Part shown: one piece after another, positions 38,200 to 50,710 of the stretch | Numbering within the stretch: the stretch's first letter is position 1 | Layout: each line of letters opens with the position of its first letter | NCBI GenBank assembly: GCA_013239625.1 | Contig: MU054400.1 | Span: forward strand, 2,826,282-2,890,281 | Length of the DNA stretch: 64,000 nt | DNA from: Lama guanicoe | Lineage: Eukaryota | Direction: 5' to 3' | Program-made: the position numbers and the translations under genes | Notes under the pieces: model-generated | Seen by the model: the letters and a program-made list of their open reading frames with translations, nothing else | Database searches by the model: none | Told to the model about the DNA's origin: nothing

Positions 38200-38430
38200 A
38201 TAGGTACTGATTCCTCACGGTGTGCCAAGTGCTGTTTTAAGTGCTTCATGATTCTCTCAACAACCCGATGAGGCCGTATATATTGTATATATTAGTATAT
38301 ATTGCTCCCATTTGAAAGATTAGGAGACTGAGGAACAGAATGGTTGAGAGACTCGCCCCCGGTTACCTAGTTCTAATGAGTGGCAACACCAGGATTTGAA
38401 TTCTGGTAGGCTGGCTCTGAGAACTGGTGC
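38200..38430 (-). mobile_element. MIR SINE
   Basis: tgtgccaagtgctgttttaagtgctt...ctctcaacaacccgatgagg...cccatttgaaagattaggagactgagg...caggatttgaa. Confidence 0.8.
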
Positions 38431-40570
38431 TTGAAACAGCTCATGGGTATGGGCTGGACCCTTGAGCAGGGCCAGGACTTGGGTGAGGCCAGCAAGTGGC
38501 TGGGGCATGCTCAGGGTTGTGCAAGTGTCCAGTGGTCACTCCTACCAGCACTAGCAGTTGAGCAGAGATGATTGTTGTCAAGACGCAGAATTGTAAGGTT
38601 AACTGAAATCACGAGAGAGGCATCCTCTGTCCCAGGAAACACCACCCCCAGCTCCCCAACCCTCGTTGATTCCTGCCACTAGCAAAGCCCTTGCAAATCT
38701 TGACTTGCCAGTACGTGGTGCGGCAGGGAAGTTGGCACAGACTTTCTAAGTTCTACCTTATGAAACGGAGAAGTTGCATCTGGTATATATTCTTTGCTAA
38801 TCAGCTAACAAAACCCCAGAGCATGTTTGTCTTTGTCCCTTGTACCTGAAGATTAATGTTGTTTTGGGTTGTCCCAAAGTGAATTTTTTCGTCACTCTTG
38901 AGCTCAAGTATTTCCTGTTCATGTGGAACAGTCCCTGCCCTCCAATGAGGATGAGTGATGAGTGATGGCAGGGGAAGCACCTCAGTGAGGGTGCGGGTGG
39001 GGAGGTTCGCTTGAGGACACATCCTGCCACCTCCACAGAAAGGATCTGAACTTGGGAACAAGGTGTTGGGAGATGCCTGAGCGGCTCCTTGTCTTGGAAA
39101 CACAATAGGGATAGAGCAGCATCTGAGCATCGCAGTCACATCGATGCTCCTGTCCCCAAATGTCCTGTCTGGCAGCCAGTGACTGAAAGAGACTGCCAAG
39201 GGCACATGCTGATTTTCCAGTCATTTGGTCAAGTCCATCTCACACACCACAAGACCCCGGGGCCTGTGTTTACTAAATTTAAATCTCTGCTCAACCATCA
39301 GCTAATGAACAGTAAAATCTCTCCATCTCTGTTCTTTTCAAGGTTTTATTGTGTTTCCAAGGCTTGGTGTTGCTTTGCCGCCCTTCCATCTCATTCTGCT
39401 AATTCTCATCCTACAGTAATTATTAGTCTTGCTGAATAGCTAAATAAAAATGTAGGGCATCTGCTTTAAGGATTAGAATTCAGCTTCAGGTCAAGTCATG
39501 CAATTTCATTAAAGGCTCTTGAGCCGGGGCTGGGGAGGTAGGGGAAGTACAGAGGTGCCTGCACTGTTTTGCCTTCTGGGGGAGTTCTAGGTTTCTAACC
39601 TGAACTAAGTCTGTTAAGGTGTTTCGGGCTTTTCAGAGATTACTCCCTGGTGAAGTTTTCTCTCTGCATTTACCGAGGCTCCTGGGTTTGGGGGAGGCCA
39701 GCTGCCTCTCCATTGCCCCCCTTCTCTGAACACTGTTGAGTTGAAAATGCTGATGGACTCCATCTGTCTCTTCAAGCCTAGAGGTGGGAAAAGCCTCCCA
39801 CTGTGGTCAGTGTCCAGTGTCTCGCCATTTCTTGTTTGTCCCTTTAACCTGCCCAGATGTCTGTTCATCATCAATACATCTCTTTATTTAAAGCATTTGA
39901 GGTGAATCCTTTTTCCCTGACGTGACCCCAACTGAGACATATAAATACTCAATTCTTTAATACATTATCTTGTTTTATCTCACTTGGAGTCTATTCAAAA
40001 TCCAGCAAGAATTGATTGTCAGTTATATGTCAGACATGACCAGGCCCTGGGAGGGGTATGACAGCAAAACAGACACCATCCTTGGCCTCCTGGGCTGTGG
40101 TTGTATCTGTGATGTTGACACAGTCATCGTCCATACTTTACACATGAGGATTTAAAAAAAAAAAAAGACTTAGGAAATTAACTAACTTGTCCAAGATCAC
40201 ACAAATCAGATCCATGTACTTATAAAATCTGCTTCTGGCCCTGCTTCTCTGAAGTCAGTGTTGTTTTTTTTTTAATCTCATGCGGGACCCCCTGTTGCAC
40301 GCTGTGAGATGAGCCATCAGACCTCTGCTCTTCATTCTCGTGGCTCTGATTCTTTTTGATCCAGTATGAACTGGTGAGAAGTTTCCCAGCCCTTGGTACC
40401 TGTTTTCTCTGTTTTTCTTTTCCTTTGATGATTCTTCCCCTCTTCTTCCCTTTTAGTTCCCTTTTCCACTCAACACAAACACACACAAATATACATTATC
40501 CTTTCTTTAGTTTACACACATTAAACATTTACAATTGGTCAGTTGGAGCATGTGCACAGAAGTGAGAGGG

Positions 40571-40647
40571 CGTGTGTCTCTGAGAGAGAGAGAGAGGCAC
40601 CAGCAGGGAAGGACACAATAATTCACACACGCACACGCGCACACACA
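40571..40647. repeat. Short (GA)n and (CA/CG)n dinucleotide repeats
   Basis: tgagagagagagagagg and cacacacgcacacgcgcacacacag. Confidence 0.85.
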
Positions 40648-41679
40648 GAATAGGAATATTGCATATGTTAAGGCCTGTTTGATTAAATGGGAATTTAATC
40701 CCAGTACATATACCATTTATACCATTATTGCCTCCCCGCCACTGACTGTGCTTTAATGCTCCTTAAAAAAAAAAAAACTTTCCATATAATATTTTTTGCT
40801 TTTTGTTTTTACTTCCTTATAAATAGCAAAAAGTTTTGCTGAGAAGAAGTTATTACAAATCCCAAAAGGTTGGTGTTCCATTCTGAGCTCCAAGATATAA
40901 GGATTGAGTGGATCCCAAACTTGGCAAAATCTCTGACTTGGCAAGTGCCTCCATCCTTATTTATGACAGCTTGGAAACTTCCATTTTCCAGGGCTTATAA
41001 ATGATGCTGCTGATTTGGTCTCCTTTTTCTATTTTGCTGTGAATTATGAAATAACCAGCTGAAGGCTTCCTTTGAACATTAACCCTCTTAGCAGAGTGTG
41101 TGTGTGTTTGTGTTACCGTGTTCTTTCTTTTCTTGGTTCTTAGGCACACTGCACATTGTCATGCAGGCAGTGTACTTCCCCTTTTCTGCCTTTCCACAAA
41201 ATGAGAGTCGGAAATGTTGAGGTCTGGGGTGCCGAGAATGACAGCCTTGTGGTCTTCACTGTGGCCACAAAGGACTTTTTGGCGAGCAGCTCTCTGAGGG
41301 ACTGTACATGCCATCCCCAAATGGCAATTTAACACCTGGGATTCCGGAGAAAGACAGGTAATCTGAAAAGTCTTAGGGAGTTGTTCCTAGAGATGTGGAC
41401 TAGCTGTGTTTTGGGGGTCTCCATGCCCATTTTCCCAGTAGAAAATTGTCAAAGCAGAGGAACTACTGAGAAGCTGTCTCCTCCTCCTCCCACTTTCTCT
41501 TCCTTTTTCTTTTTCTCTTAACTCCATACTCAGTTCCTTAAAGCCCACTCGTGTTAAGTTCTTTTGGTAAGGGCTTTCTTCTTTGGAGTCCTGTAACCAC
41601 AAAGTTGGGAGCCTCTGATTATGGGGTAGAGCTGACCGATTTTTCAGAATATAGGCAGTAGGAATTTTCAAATGCAGAA

Positions 41680-41960
41680 CTCGTCCTCAGGGAGGCTGAC
41701 ACCAAGAGGGGATGAAAGCTGCAAGGATTTGAATCAGGAGAAACTCTGATGTGAGAGAAAATGGAGAAGGAGCCGGAGAAGACAGCGAGAGTGTCGGACT
41801 GCAATGCAAACACGGCCTCGGGTGAATGAGAGACGGAGGAAGGGCTGGGTGACCGTCCTACACTGCCGAGTGCTCCCAGGCAGTGAGAGCAGGGCTGCTG
41901 AGAGTCTGGGAGTGTCTGGGAGTCCAAGCGGCCATCAGGGGGGTTCCCTGTCTCCCAGGA
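41680..41960. mobile_element. LTR16-like ERVL LTR remnant
   Basis: ggaggctgacaccaagagggg...tgcaaggatt...gtgagagaaatggagaaggagccggaga...cggactgcaatgcaa. Confidence 0.5.
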
Positions 41961-42814
41961 TGGGTGTGCCTTACCATTCCTGACCACACTCAGTCACTGG
42001 TGCTCAAGCAACCCTGGGGGCATAGACTCTGCAAACAAGGAGCTGGATTTCAGGGTGTGGCTGGAGCCTTTGGTCCATCATGCTTCCTGAAGGTAAGGGT
42101 CTGCAAGCTGCTCTTACACAACAGGGGCTGTCTTATCTGACCTCTTCCTATGCCATGTACTGGATAACTCCTGCTCCCAACTCTCTGTAAAACAGACTGC
42201 CCATCTGACAGTGCCCTCAACACTCCTGGCTGGACCACTGGGTTCCTTAAATGACCTACTGCCAGTTACTTTAACTTAAGGAGCTTCAACTATAATTGTT
42301 CTTTAATTAAAAATTAAGATAGTACAAACAAAAAAACAACAACAAAGAAGCACACAGACCGGGCAAGTCAACATTTTGAAATGTTTACAATTTACAATGT
42401 CGTTTTTGAGCTGTGGCCATCCTCTTACTGATGGCAACAAGAAACAACACCGGAAACCAAGACCTGCTTTTGTTTTCCTCGCCTGCATGCTAAAACCACA
42501 AGTGATTCTACTTCATTTCATTTTGTGTTCCTGGCACACAAGTTGCCTATCGCAGCAGCTCTCATCATCAAGCCACAGTCTTTCGGAAGAGTGTTTATAA
42601 GTGTCCATCAGTCTCTTGCCAGGCACGAGAAAAGAGCTGGAGTAGAACAGAATCTTACACAACTCTGCACCCCTGCTCTCCCACAGCCTCGAGCTGAGTT
42701 ATTTTCAAGAAAAAGCCTTATTCGGATTTGACAGACTTTATGGAGTGCTTTTGATGGCCTGCACCATCTGATGACTTTGCCAACTCCGATGACTTTGGAG
42801 ACTAGATGGGTCCT

Positions 42815-43072
42815 GGGAAAAGTCAGTGGGCTGGTGGGGACTAGCCCCAGGCACAGGTACAGCCGCCCCCCACCCCAGCTAATGTCGCTGTGCAGGAGTG
42901 CAGGCTCAGGGTAGCCAAATCCTCTTGATTTTTCAAGGCAAGGGAAGATCTGGGGTTTTGTGTGAAATCTTCCAGTTTTTCAATGTTGGCCAGGCCCTTG
43001 ACATTTTTAAAAGACTCTGTGAGCCAAACAAAACACATCTTTTTGCCAGATTTTGCCTGTTGTGACCCTTGG
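42815..43072 (+). mobile_element. MER102-like hAT-Charlie element
   Basis: gccaaatcctcttgatttttcaagg...gtgtgaaatcttccagtttttcaatgttggc...gagccaaacaaaacacatct...tgtgacccttgg. Confidence 0.65.
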
Positions 43073-43124
43073 ACTGAATACTCTATTCACTGCTTTTAAG
43101 ATACGGTTCCTCCAAGATGGTCTT

Positions 43125-43490
43125 GAGCAGATCCTGGGCTTTTGGTTGAGCTTTCTGGAAGCAGACTTCACCCTGAGGATTTCCACAGGAGTGATTTACG
43201 AAGGACGTGTCCCAGGGCTGCCCAGGGAAGGAGTGGGGGAGGCAGAACAGGGAAGGGGGCTAATGGAGAGTGGTTTCAGACAAGGCCTTGTTGAGGGCGA
43301 GCCCCTGAGTGTAAATGGCCCTCCAGAGATTTGGGAAGTGGGCTTTCATATTCGTGTGCCCACGTCATTGGCTGAGGGTCCCGGCAGGCAAAAGTGGGCT
43401 GTGGTAGCTCCAGCAAAGAGATGCAGGTGCTGGCTGTTGCCCAGGCTGGGAGCCCAACAGCCGCGGGCCCAGGGACCCCAGCACATCCCA
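43125..43490. mobile_element. LTR16/LTR33-like ERVL LTR remnant
   Basis: ttctggaagcagac...gagtgggggaggcagaacagggaagggg...ggctttcata...gtcattggctgaggg...agatgcaggtgctggctgttg. Confidence 0.5.
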
Positions 43491-45325
43491 CTACTGACGG
43501 CTGCGCCTCCGCCCAGCCCACTGGGTAATAAGGAGCTCAGGTAGAGCCACAATTTGAACACTGATCTTCCGACTCCGGTCCAGTCCCGGGCTTGTTGACA
43601 CTTCTTCCAGCGGCTTATTAAAGGGATCAGTTTGCGGAGTTCAGATTATCTTAGACCCTGAACTACTTAGCACGTTGTTCCCCGATTCCTAGCTCGTCTC
43701 TTCCTGTTGGGTTGTGTGTGGGGAGGATGGCCTGGCTCTTCGGAGAAGACAGGGGCAGGTGGATAGAAACCAGTCCTGACAGGGCTCCTGCCAGCCTGGG
43801 GGCTCCCAGCGCTAAGGGCTCCTCTCTAAATTTTGTGGTTTCATATCTGAGATGTGAGCGGTGTCTGGGGTGCTCTGCACCCCAGTGCTGAGTTCTGGGC
43901 TTGGGAGGCACGTCTTGCGTGATTCAAACCTAGAGAGTCCTGTTTCCTTTGGAGAGTTTAAAACTATTCATGTGTTTAATTTAAAGATGTGCCCTCCAAA
44001 CTCCAGCCAGTTCCCCTTGAAGGGACTCCATCGGAGGCAAGGAGGAAGGCAGGAGGGGCTCCACCATCTGCTAGCCAGACATGTTTGGAGTTGGAGGCAC
44101 CCAGAGGAAAAAGATAATGGTTTTGCTTTTTTTATTTTTTTTTTTACTGAATTCACCACACTGGGCTGACACAGCCCTTGCCCTGTGCCCTCTGCTGTGG
44201 TTAATGCCTTGCTCCTCCTTCCAAATCTCTGGGTTAGTCAGGACAGCTTCCTTGCCCTCACCTCTTGAATGCCATCCTGAAATCAAGCCAAGTCTTGCTC
44301 CCCCATCATTCAAATCCATCTTGTGTTTTCCACTCCCACCACCTCTGCCTTCCCTTAAGCCCTTCCTATTTGTGAGGTGCAAAGCAAACAGGTCTTCTCA
44401 GGCCCTTCTCACCGTCCAAGTCCAACATCTTCTTCCAAAAATAGACTTGAGCAAGTTGGTCCTGTACTCACACACCTTGGACAACTTACCCAGCCAAGCA
44501 GATCATTACGGTCGTCCAAAGGGCATTTTCCCTCCAGCCAGTCTTTTCAGCCATACCTCCCCATCTCCCGACTCTGTTCCTCTTCCCCAAGGCACTCACT
44601 CCACCCGGTGTGACCCTCTTCCTCCTACCACCTGTTCATCTGTCAGAATCTTGGCATTTACTGCCTGGGTGACCTTGAACTTGGCACTGCACTCTCAAAG
44701 CCTCAGATTCCCCCTCAAGAAAACGAGAGTGGCAAAGGTCTAGCTTGGGTGGGGTGCCAGAGGATGGTGGGGGAAAATGACACAAGTCAGTTGGACAGCA
44801 GGTGCCGTGTTGTAGGCACTCAGTGACGGACAGCATTGTCATCATGATCATCCTCACTCTTGTCCCTTTCCAAGGCCCAGCTCAGTTCCCGCCTTTCTCC
44901 CAGAGCTTCCCCAGAACTGCCCACACCAGATTCACGCCTTCTTTCCTACCCTTTCGTGTTGGCCCGATGCTGTATTTGATCATCTGGTGAGGAGAACCCA
45001 GGTCCTCTCTTGCTGCATTAGATTGAGTTTCTCCAGAGCCCTGGCCCACATGACATTCCTGTTAGAGGTGCTCAGTGTGCTTTCAAAAAGGCAAAGAACA
45101 TATCTGCAATTCTCAGTTGAGCTCACTTTTGTTGAGTTGAGATCATTTCTGGATACAGCTGTGCAGGGCCTCAGGCTGCAAGGCTTGATTAGATGTAGGG
45201 AGCTTCTGAGGCAAAGATGACGAGTGAAGCTTTAGGATCCTGAGTGCCGCCTCACCCTCACCACGAGCAGCACAGGCCAGGTCTTCTGGGCAATTTCTAC
45301 GGTCCGTGGACCAGGAGCATTTGAA

Positions 45326-45760
45326 TGTTATTAGTTTCCCAGGGCTGCTGTAACAAGTTACCACAAACTCAGTGGCTTCAAACAACAGAGATTTATTCTG
45401 GCATCGTTGTGGAGGCCAGAAGTCTAAAGTGGAGGTGCTGGTTCCTCCTGGTTTATCTGAGGGAAAATCTGCTCCAGGCCTCTTTCCCAGCTTCTGACAG
45501 CTGCTGACAATTCTTGGCGTCCCGTGGCTCGTAGACGCACCACTCAGATCTCTGCCTCTGTCTTCACGTTGCCTTCTTCTCTCTGTGGCTCTGTGCCCTC
45601 TCTTCTCTTACAGGAATAATGGTCACTGGATTTAGCGATGATCTCATCTTGAGATCTGTAATTACATCTGCAAAGACGCTTTTCCCCCAATACGATCACC
45701 TTCCCAGGTTCCAGGGATTGGAGTTGAACATGTCATTTTTGGAGACCACTGTTGAGCCCG
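45326..45760 (-). mobile_element. MLT1 (ERVL-MaLR) solo LTR, MLT1C/D-like
   Basis: ttagtttcccagggctgctgtaacaagttaccacaaactcagtggcttcaaacaacagagatttatt...ggaggccagaagtc...ttacatctgcaaagac...gaacatgtcatttttggagaccactgtt. Confidence 0.88.
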
Positions 45761-45789
45761 CTCCCCTTGAGAACAGAGTTTAACTGTAA

Positions 45790-45990
45790 TGGATTGCACA
45801 TGGTGTGGCTGCCAAGCATATCCAAGTTCAAATCCCTCTTTGGCCCATGCTGTGGACCTATTCCTCCACTTCTCTAAGTCTCGGCTTCCTTTTCTATAAA
45901 ACAGGGACAATGATGTCTAACACAGAGGTTGTGAGGATTAGTTAAGAATGTATACATCTGGCACATAGTAGACTCACAATACAGCTCTTG
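45790..45990 (+). mobile_element. MIR SINE
   Basis: agttcaaatccctc...ctctaagtctcggcttcctttttctataaaacagggacaatgat...gttgtgaggatta...ctggcacatagtagactcacaa. Confidence 0.75.
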
Positions 45991-46407
45991 TCTATAGTGA
46001 TTCCCACGTAGACAATCATTCATCTGATACAACTTTTAATCTCGGGACATCAAGCTGTAAGAGACATATCGTGTGGCCCTTGGTCATGCTAGCACTTAGA
46101 AGTAGTTCAGTGTTTGTTGAATGAATAAACAAATGATCAGATCTGAAGCCTATCAGAAGAGCTTGCTCTGTTCCAAGCACTGGAAGAGGTATTGGCAAGT
46201 CTCTTAGTCCTGCTTTCTGCCCACAGGATGAACGATGAGGCCAGACCTTTAAAGGATGCTCATTTAGGAGGGCTACTGAAGTCCTTAAAGAATATTGCCG
46301 CATTATCCTTCTGCTTCAGTGGCCTGCATAGGTGGTCATGAGAGTGGGTTCCATGGGGAATTCATGTCACGAGGCAACATGGAGTGTTCCAACTAAACAG
46401 TCTTAAA

Positions 46408-46832
46408 AAGTGGAAAACTCAGATGCCTTTAGGGACCAAGCAGGTAACAGTCTGGGTGGGGACCCCAGGAGAGTGCATGTCTTATTTAAAGAAGGCATTC
46501 ATTCACCCACGTATCCAGTACCTTCTATGTCTCCCACGTGCCCTGCACTGTTCTTGGTGCTGAAGCCACAGGATTGAACAAGGTGAAGCCCTGTCCTCAG
46601 GGAGTTTCTGTTCTCTGAACCCAGCTCCTCTCTCCAGCCTCAGGGAGTTCAGGCCTGTTACTGCCAGATAGTCTGCTTTTTAAAGAGAAGAAGCCAGGAT
46701 TTTATGTCGAATCTCCTGATCTTTAAACGTTGGCAAACACTGTGCATTTTTAAAAAAAGAATGCCGTGCAGACCAGACAGAACCTCTCTTGACTCAACTT
46801 GGTCTTCAGGCTGCCAATCTGTGACCCTTGGA
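46408..46832 (+). mobile_element. MER102-like hAT-Charlie element interrupted by an L2 fragment
   Basis: aaactcagatgcctttagggaccaagcaggtaac...[L2]...tgccagatagtctgctttttaaagagaagaagccaggattttatgtcgaatctcctgatctttaaacgttggcaa...gccaatctgtgacccttgg. Confidence 0.7.
46497..46615 (-). mobile_element. L2 3' fragment nested in a MER102-like element
   Basis: cattcattcacccac...gtgccctgcactgttcttggtgctg...gccctgtcctcagggagtttctgttct. Confidence 0.7.
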
Positions 46833-47464
46833 GTGGAATTTCACGACCTTTACTGGAGGAAGCGTTTTCTCAGTGTCTGATTTTCAGCTCGTTCTCCTTT
46901 CCCTTGACCTCACTGGGCATCGCTTTGGTTACTGCCTGTTGTTTGTGTCCTCCTGGATCGAGTGGCTCTTCAGTGTTTCAGCCCTGTGTTTCCAGGTGAG
47001 CTAACCCCCCTATCAGCTTGTGCTTCCTAATTCCGTCTCTAAATCTTTACTTTTCTGAGTGCTGTTAAGCTTCCAGAAAGGCTCTCAGCGATGTCGTCTG
47101 GCCCTGAGCCTTTTCTTCTCTGGAGGGTCAGAGCGAGCCCAGTCTCTTCACTGAGCTGCTTGTGGGTGCGTCTGTCTCCCTTTCTGACTCTGCCATTCCA
47201 ATTTTCACAGCCTCGGAGTTGCATTCGTTCCCAACCTTAGGTGTGATATTAATTTCTCTCAGAGGGACATGGGTTTAATAGATTTTTTTAATTAACATTT
47301 TGTAAAATGGGAGCTGTCATGCTTTATGGCAGACTGATACAAATGTCTATAATTACATTTTTGGCACTCCGTCTTGGGACTAGGCTAGAAATGTTTGTTT
47401 TAACCCCTTCCTAGAATGTCTGATTTATGTGCAGGCCTCTCTAGACACACCTCTAACTGGCCCA

Positions 47465-47478
47465 GTTGTCATGGCAAC
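47465..47478. promoter_or_regulatory. RFX X-box motif
   Basis: GTTGTCATGGCAAC, 13/14 match to the palindromic consensus GTTGCCATGGCAAC, in apparently non-repetitive sequence. Confidence 0.5.
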
Positions 47479-47974
47479 CCAGAACATCATTTGTCAAAGA
47501 GCTATAACTTCATTCTGTGTTGAAGCTAAAAATTTATCTTTTAGGATTTATTCTCATGACAGGGAAATTTTATATTTTCATAGATCTGCTGCTCCTCCCT
47601 GATTCTGCTTGTCGTTAGAGAGATCCGGGCTTCAGGGAAGGATTTTCTAGAGAATCTGACAAATTTCTCGCCTTCCATCCTCCCCTCCAACCAGATGAAT
47701 TCTCTTATCCATTCCAAAGAGAACTCAAAGGTACTCATTGGTAACCCCTCATAATAAAAGGAGTAGTGTTCTCCTTGTTATCTCTAACTCAGTATGATTT
47801 TTGTTTCTTTAAAAAAAGAAATGAAAATTTTTTATTGGTTGATTCTGAGGGGAGCTAGTAAAGTTCACAGAAAGGGAAGGAAGAAAATATCTGCCGATCT
47901 CTTCTACAAGCTAGTGAAGAGTAAGGTGTTAAGTAACATTTACCTGTATCACCTGTGCTTCAGGGATTGTGCAC

Positions 47975-48285
47975 CCAATACCTATTGTAGGGTCCAGGCA
48001 AATACACGAATCAGTGCAGTGGGCTCTGGCCACATCACACACCTTGTCCAAAGGGTATCACTTCTTCATTTCTGCTGACAGAATGTGGGCTGTTCTGCAG
48101 GATCGTCCATTTCATTTCAGTTTTTAAAAAAGAAAAGCCAGAAATTGCAATATTTTTACATGAAATCTCATTTTAAATCTGATTTTAAAATGTCAGCAGA
48201 CCACCCATGGATTTTTGTTAAACCATGTAATAGTCAAACAAAGCACATCCAAGGGCAAGTTTGCGCCACGGGCTCCCGGATGCCC
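47975..48285 (+). mobile_element. MER102-like hAT-Charlie element
   Basis: gggtccaggcaaata...agaatgtgggc...aaaagccagaaattgcaatatttttacatgaaatctc...gtcaaacaaagcacatcc...gccacgggc. Confidence 0.6.
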
Positions 48286-49723
48286 CTCCTGCCCTGTGCT
48301 GTGCTACCCAGCATTTAGAATGGCAGGGTTTCTTCCAGATTGAACAGCTAATCCAGTCTTGCTCTCAAGTTCTTCTCGGGATCTGATTTGTTAAATAGTC
48401 TTTTTGTTGGTCTCATGGGAGGTAAGGTTCTGCCCACTTACACCCTGGGTGGCTGTCGGACTCCAGATCGAGTGTGAGGGGAAGCTGTGATGGAGGATGG
48501 GTCTCAAAGACCAGCCCACGCTCCTCCTTGACGTGGATGGTGGATGGTGGGGTCCATCAGACGCCTTCTAGGATTGTTCATGGATTTATGATGCTCTCTT
48601 TTTGCCTCTGATGGATGAGGCAGTTTAATCCTCTTCTCTAAGCTCCCTATTTTTCTTTTGTACAGGGAACTCTTAGATGGCTATTGCCTTTCCACAAGAG
48701 AGAACAAGGATTTTTTTTTCCTCATGGAATTTGAAGGTGATTTGTTTCTCATCTATCAATAGGGGAAAACACTAGTCATTCCTGGGACTATGTCATCAAA
48801 AACATCTGAGGGCAGAGCTGCTCTGGGCTGTCACTGCTCCAGACTAGGAGTGTTTTAGGGGCCCCCACCCTCATCACCAAGCCCGCTTGTGGTTGGACTT
48901 AAGGCGTTATGGGATTCATGTAAATGACGCTGAATTTGGAAACTCACAGGAGCTCTGGCAGTAAGAGTGGGTTAGGAGACACTTTGTGCCATTCCGACCC
49001 CACAGTTGTCTGTTTTTCCCACCTTTCCCGAGCCCCTTCCGGGCTGCCTTTCACACTCTCTGGACTCAAGCCTTCCTGAGACAGAATCCCTGCCAGTCCC
49101 CAGTTACCTTCACGCTCTGTGTACAGTGTCGTGTGCATGGAAGTCTCTGCACCACCTTGTCTCATCTAAACCAGGCAGGGTTTATGGAGTCTTTATGAAA
49201 ATTTAAATGCTGGCCGTGCTGGTTAGAAGTGTGATGGAAACAATCCCCAAACAAGTGGCTCTTAGAAGCTGGCACAAGCTGGGGCGCCTTATTCCTCCCT
49301 TTCTCCCTCTCATGCTTTACTGAGCAGCCTGAGGGTTTGTGTGTATATGTGTTGCTTTGTTTTCCTCTTTCTTTGAACTGTTCTTAGCCTACGAGAGATC
49401 ATGTTATTAATATGAAAGGTTATTGCACAGATGTGCTCTTACCCTATTTCAGGTAGGAGCAGTTTAACCTCTAAAACTTTTCTCAACATCACATAATTTT
49501 TTGAGATTTCTATACAATGAATGAACTAATTCTGATGGCCATATTCTATGTTTATATCCTTTCCCAAGGGATTTTAAAAGTTATACTAGGATTGTGTTTT
49601 TCAAAAACATTTATAAATTACAAAGAAAGAGGTAAAAGTATAATCTTGCCATCCAGAAATATTTTCCTTTTTTTTCAGTGCCTTTCTGTATATATAATTG
49701 TTACATGATTGAAATAATGCTGT

Positions 49724-49925
49724 ACAGCTGACCCTTGAACAATGTGGGGATCAGGTGCACCGACCCTCTGTGCCGATGAAAATTGTACTCTGTTTAGCCA
49801 GCCCTCTGTGTCTGCAGTTCCACATCCCCGGATTCAGCCAACCATGGTTTGTGCGGTGCTGTAGTATTTACTATTATAAAAACTTTGCATATGAGTGGAC
49901 CCAGGCTGAAGAGTCAACTCCATAT
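49724..49925 (+). mobile_element. Tigger2/MER8-like TcMar-Tigger MITE within an old L1 remnant
   Basis: TA-cagctgacccttgaacaa...gttccacatccccggattcagccaacc...tgtagtatttactat...gagtggaccc...aagagtcaact; degenerate terminal inverted repeats. Confidence 0.8.
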
Positions 49926-50469
49926 AAATATTTTTTATTTCATAATGTATATACTGAGTATATTGGAAAGGTTTCTTCATGGAAATAACATTTCTCATAA
50001 ATAACATTTTTCATGGCTTCATAATATTTCACCCTGTAAGTAAACCATAATATTTTTATCATTTCCCAGTATTGGGCATTTGATTAATTTCCAATGTCTT
50101 CATTAAAAATAACACTGTAAATGGGCATCTTTGTGCATAAACCCTTTTTCATATCTCTGTCACTCTTTTCCCGTTAGGGTTGATTTCCAGACAGAACATT
50201 GCTAAATCATGAGATTTTAATATTTTTAAGACCTTCAGAATACTTACTTTCTGGAAACATTGGCTAATTTGCAGTCATACTAAAGATGTGTAAGATGCTC
50301 ATCTCGCACCCCCTTGTTAGTGTTGTTTTGTTGGTTTTTTCCCCCAATCTTTGTTTTAGTGTTTATATGCTGTTTTGTATACACGTCTACCTGTGGTTGA
50401 GTATGGGTGTGTTTGTGTGATCACCACCAATAAAAAGAACAATGTGTCTAATCTCCTGGGGCCAAGAGA

Positions 50470-50710
50470 GACAACATACTAGGGGCGGTACTTCACGTGT
50501 CTTGTGTATAACAACTCCTGCAATCCTCATAACTCTCCTCCGAGGTGGGACAGTAGTGTAGATACGACTCATGTTAGATACTACTGTTATTCCCATTTTT
50601 TAGAGTTGGAGGCTGAGGCCCAAGGAGGCTCCACTGAGTTACCTGTGGTCATGGAACTAATAAGCATCACAGCTGGAATTCAATGAGCTCTGTCTCCAGA
50701 GTCTGCACTC
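50470..50710 (-). mobile_element. MIR SINE
   Basis: caatcctcataactctcc...tactgttattcccattttttagagttggaggctgaggcccaagg...agctggaattcaa. Confidence 0.7.

Noticed and set aside
44081..44743. 220-aa ORF, the longest non-L1 ORF
   Set aside because: Pyrimidine-rich, L2-like degraded sequence with a non-ATG start and no recognisable protein similarity.
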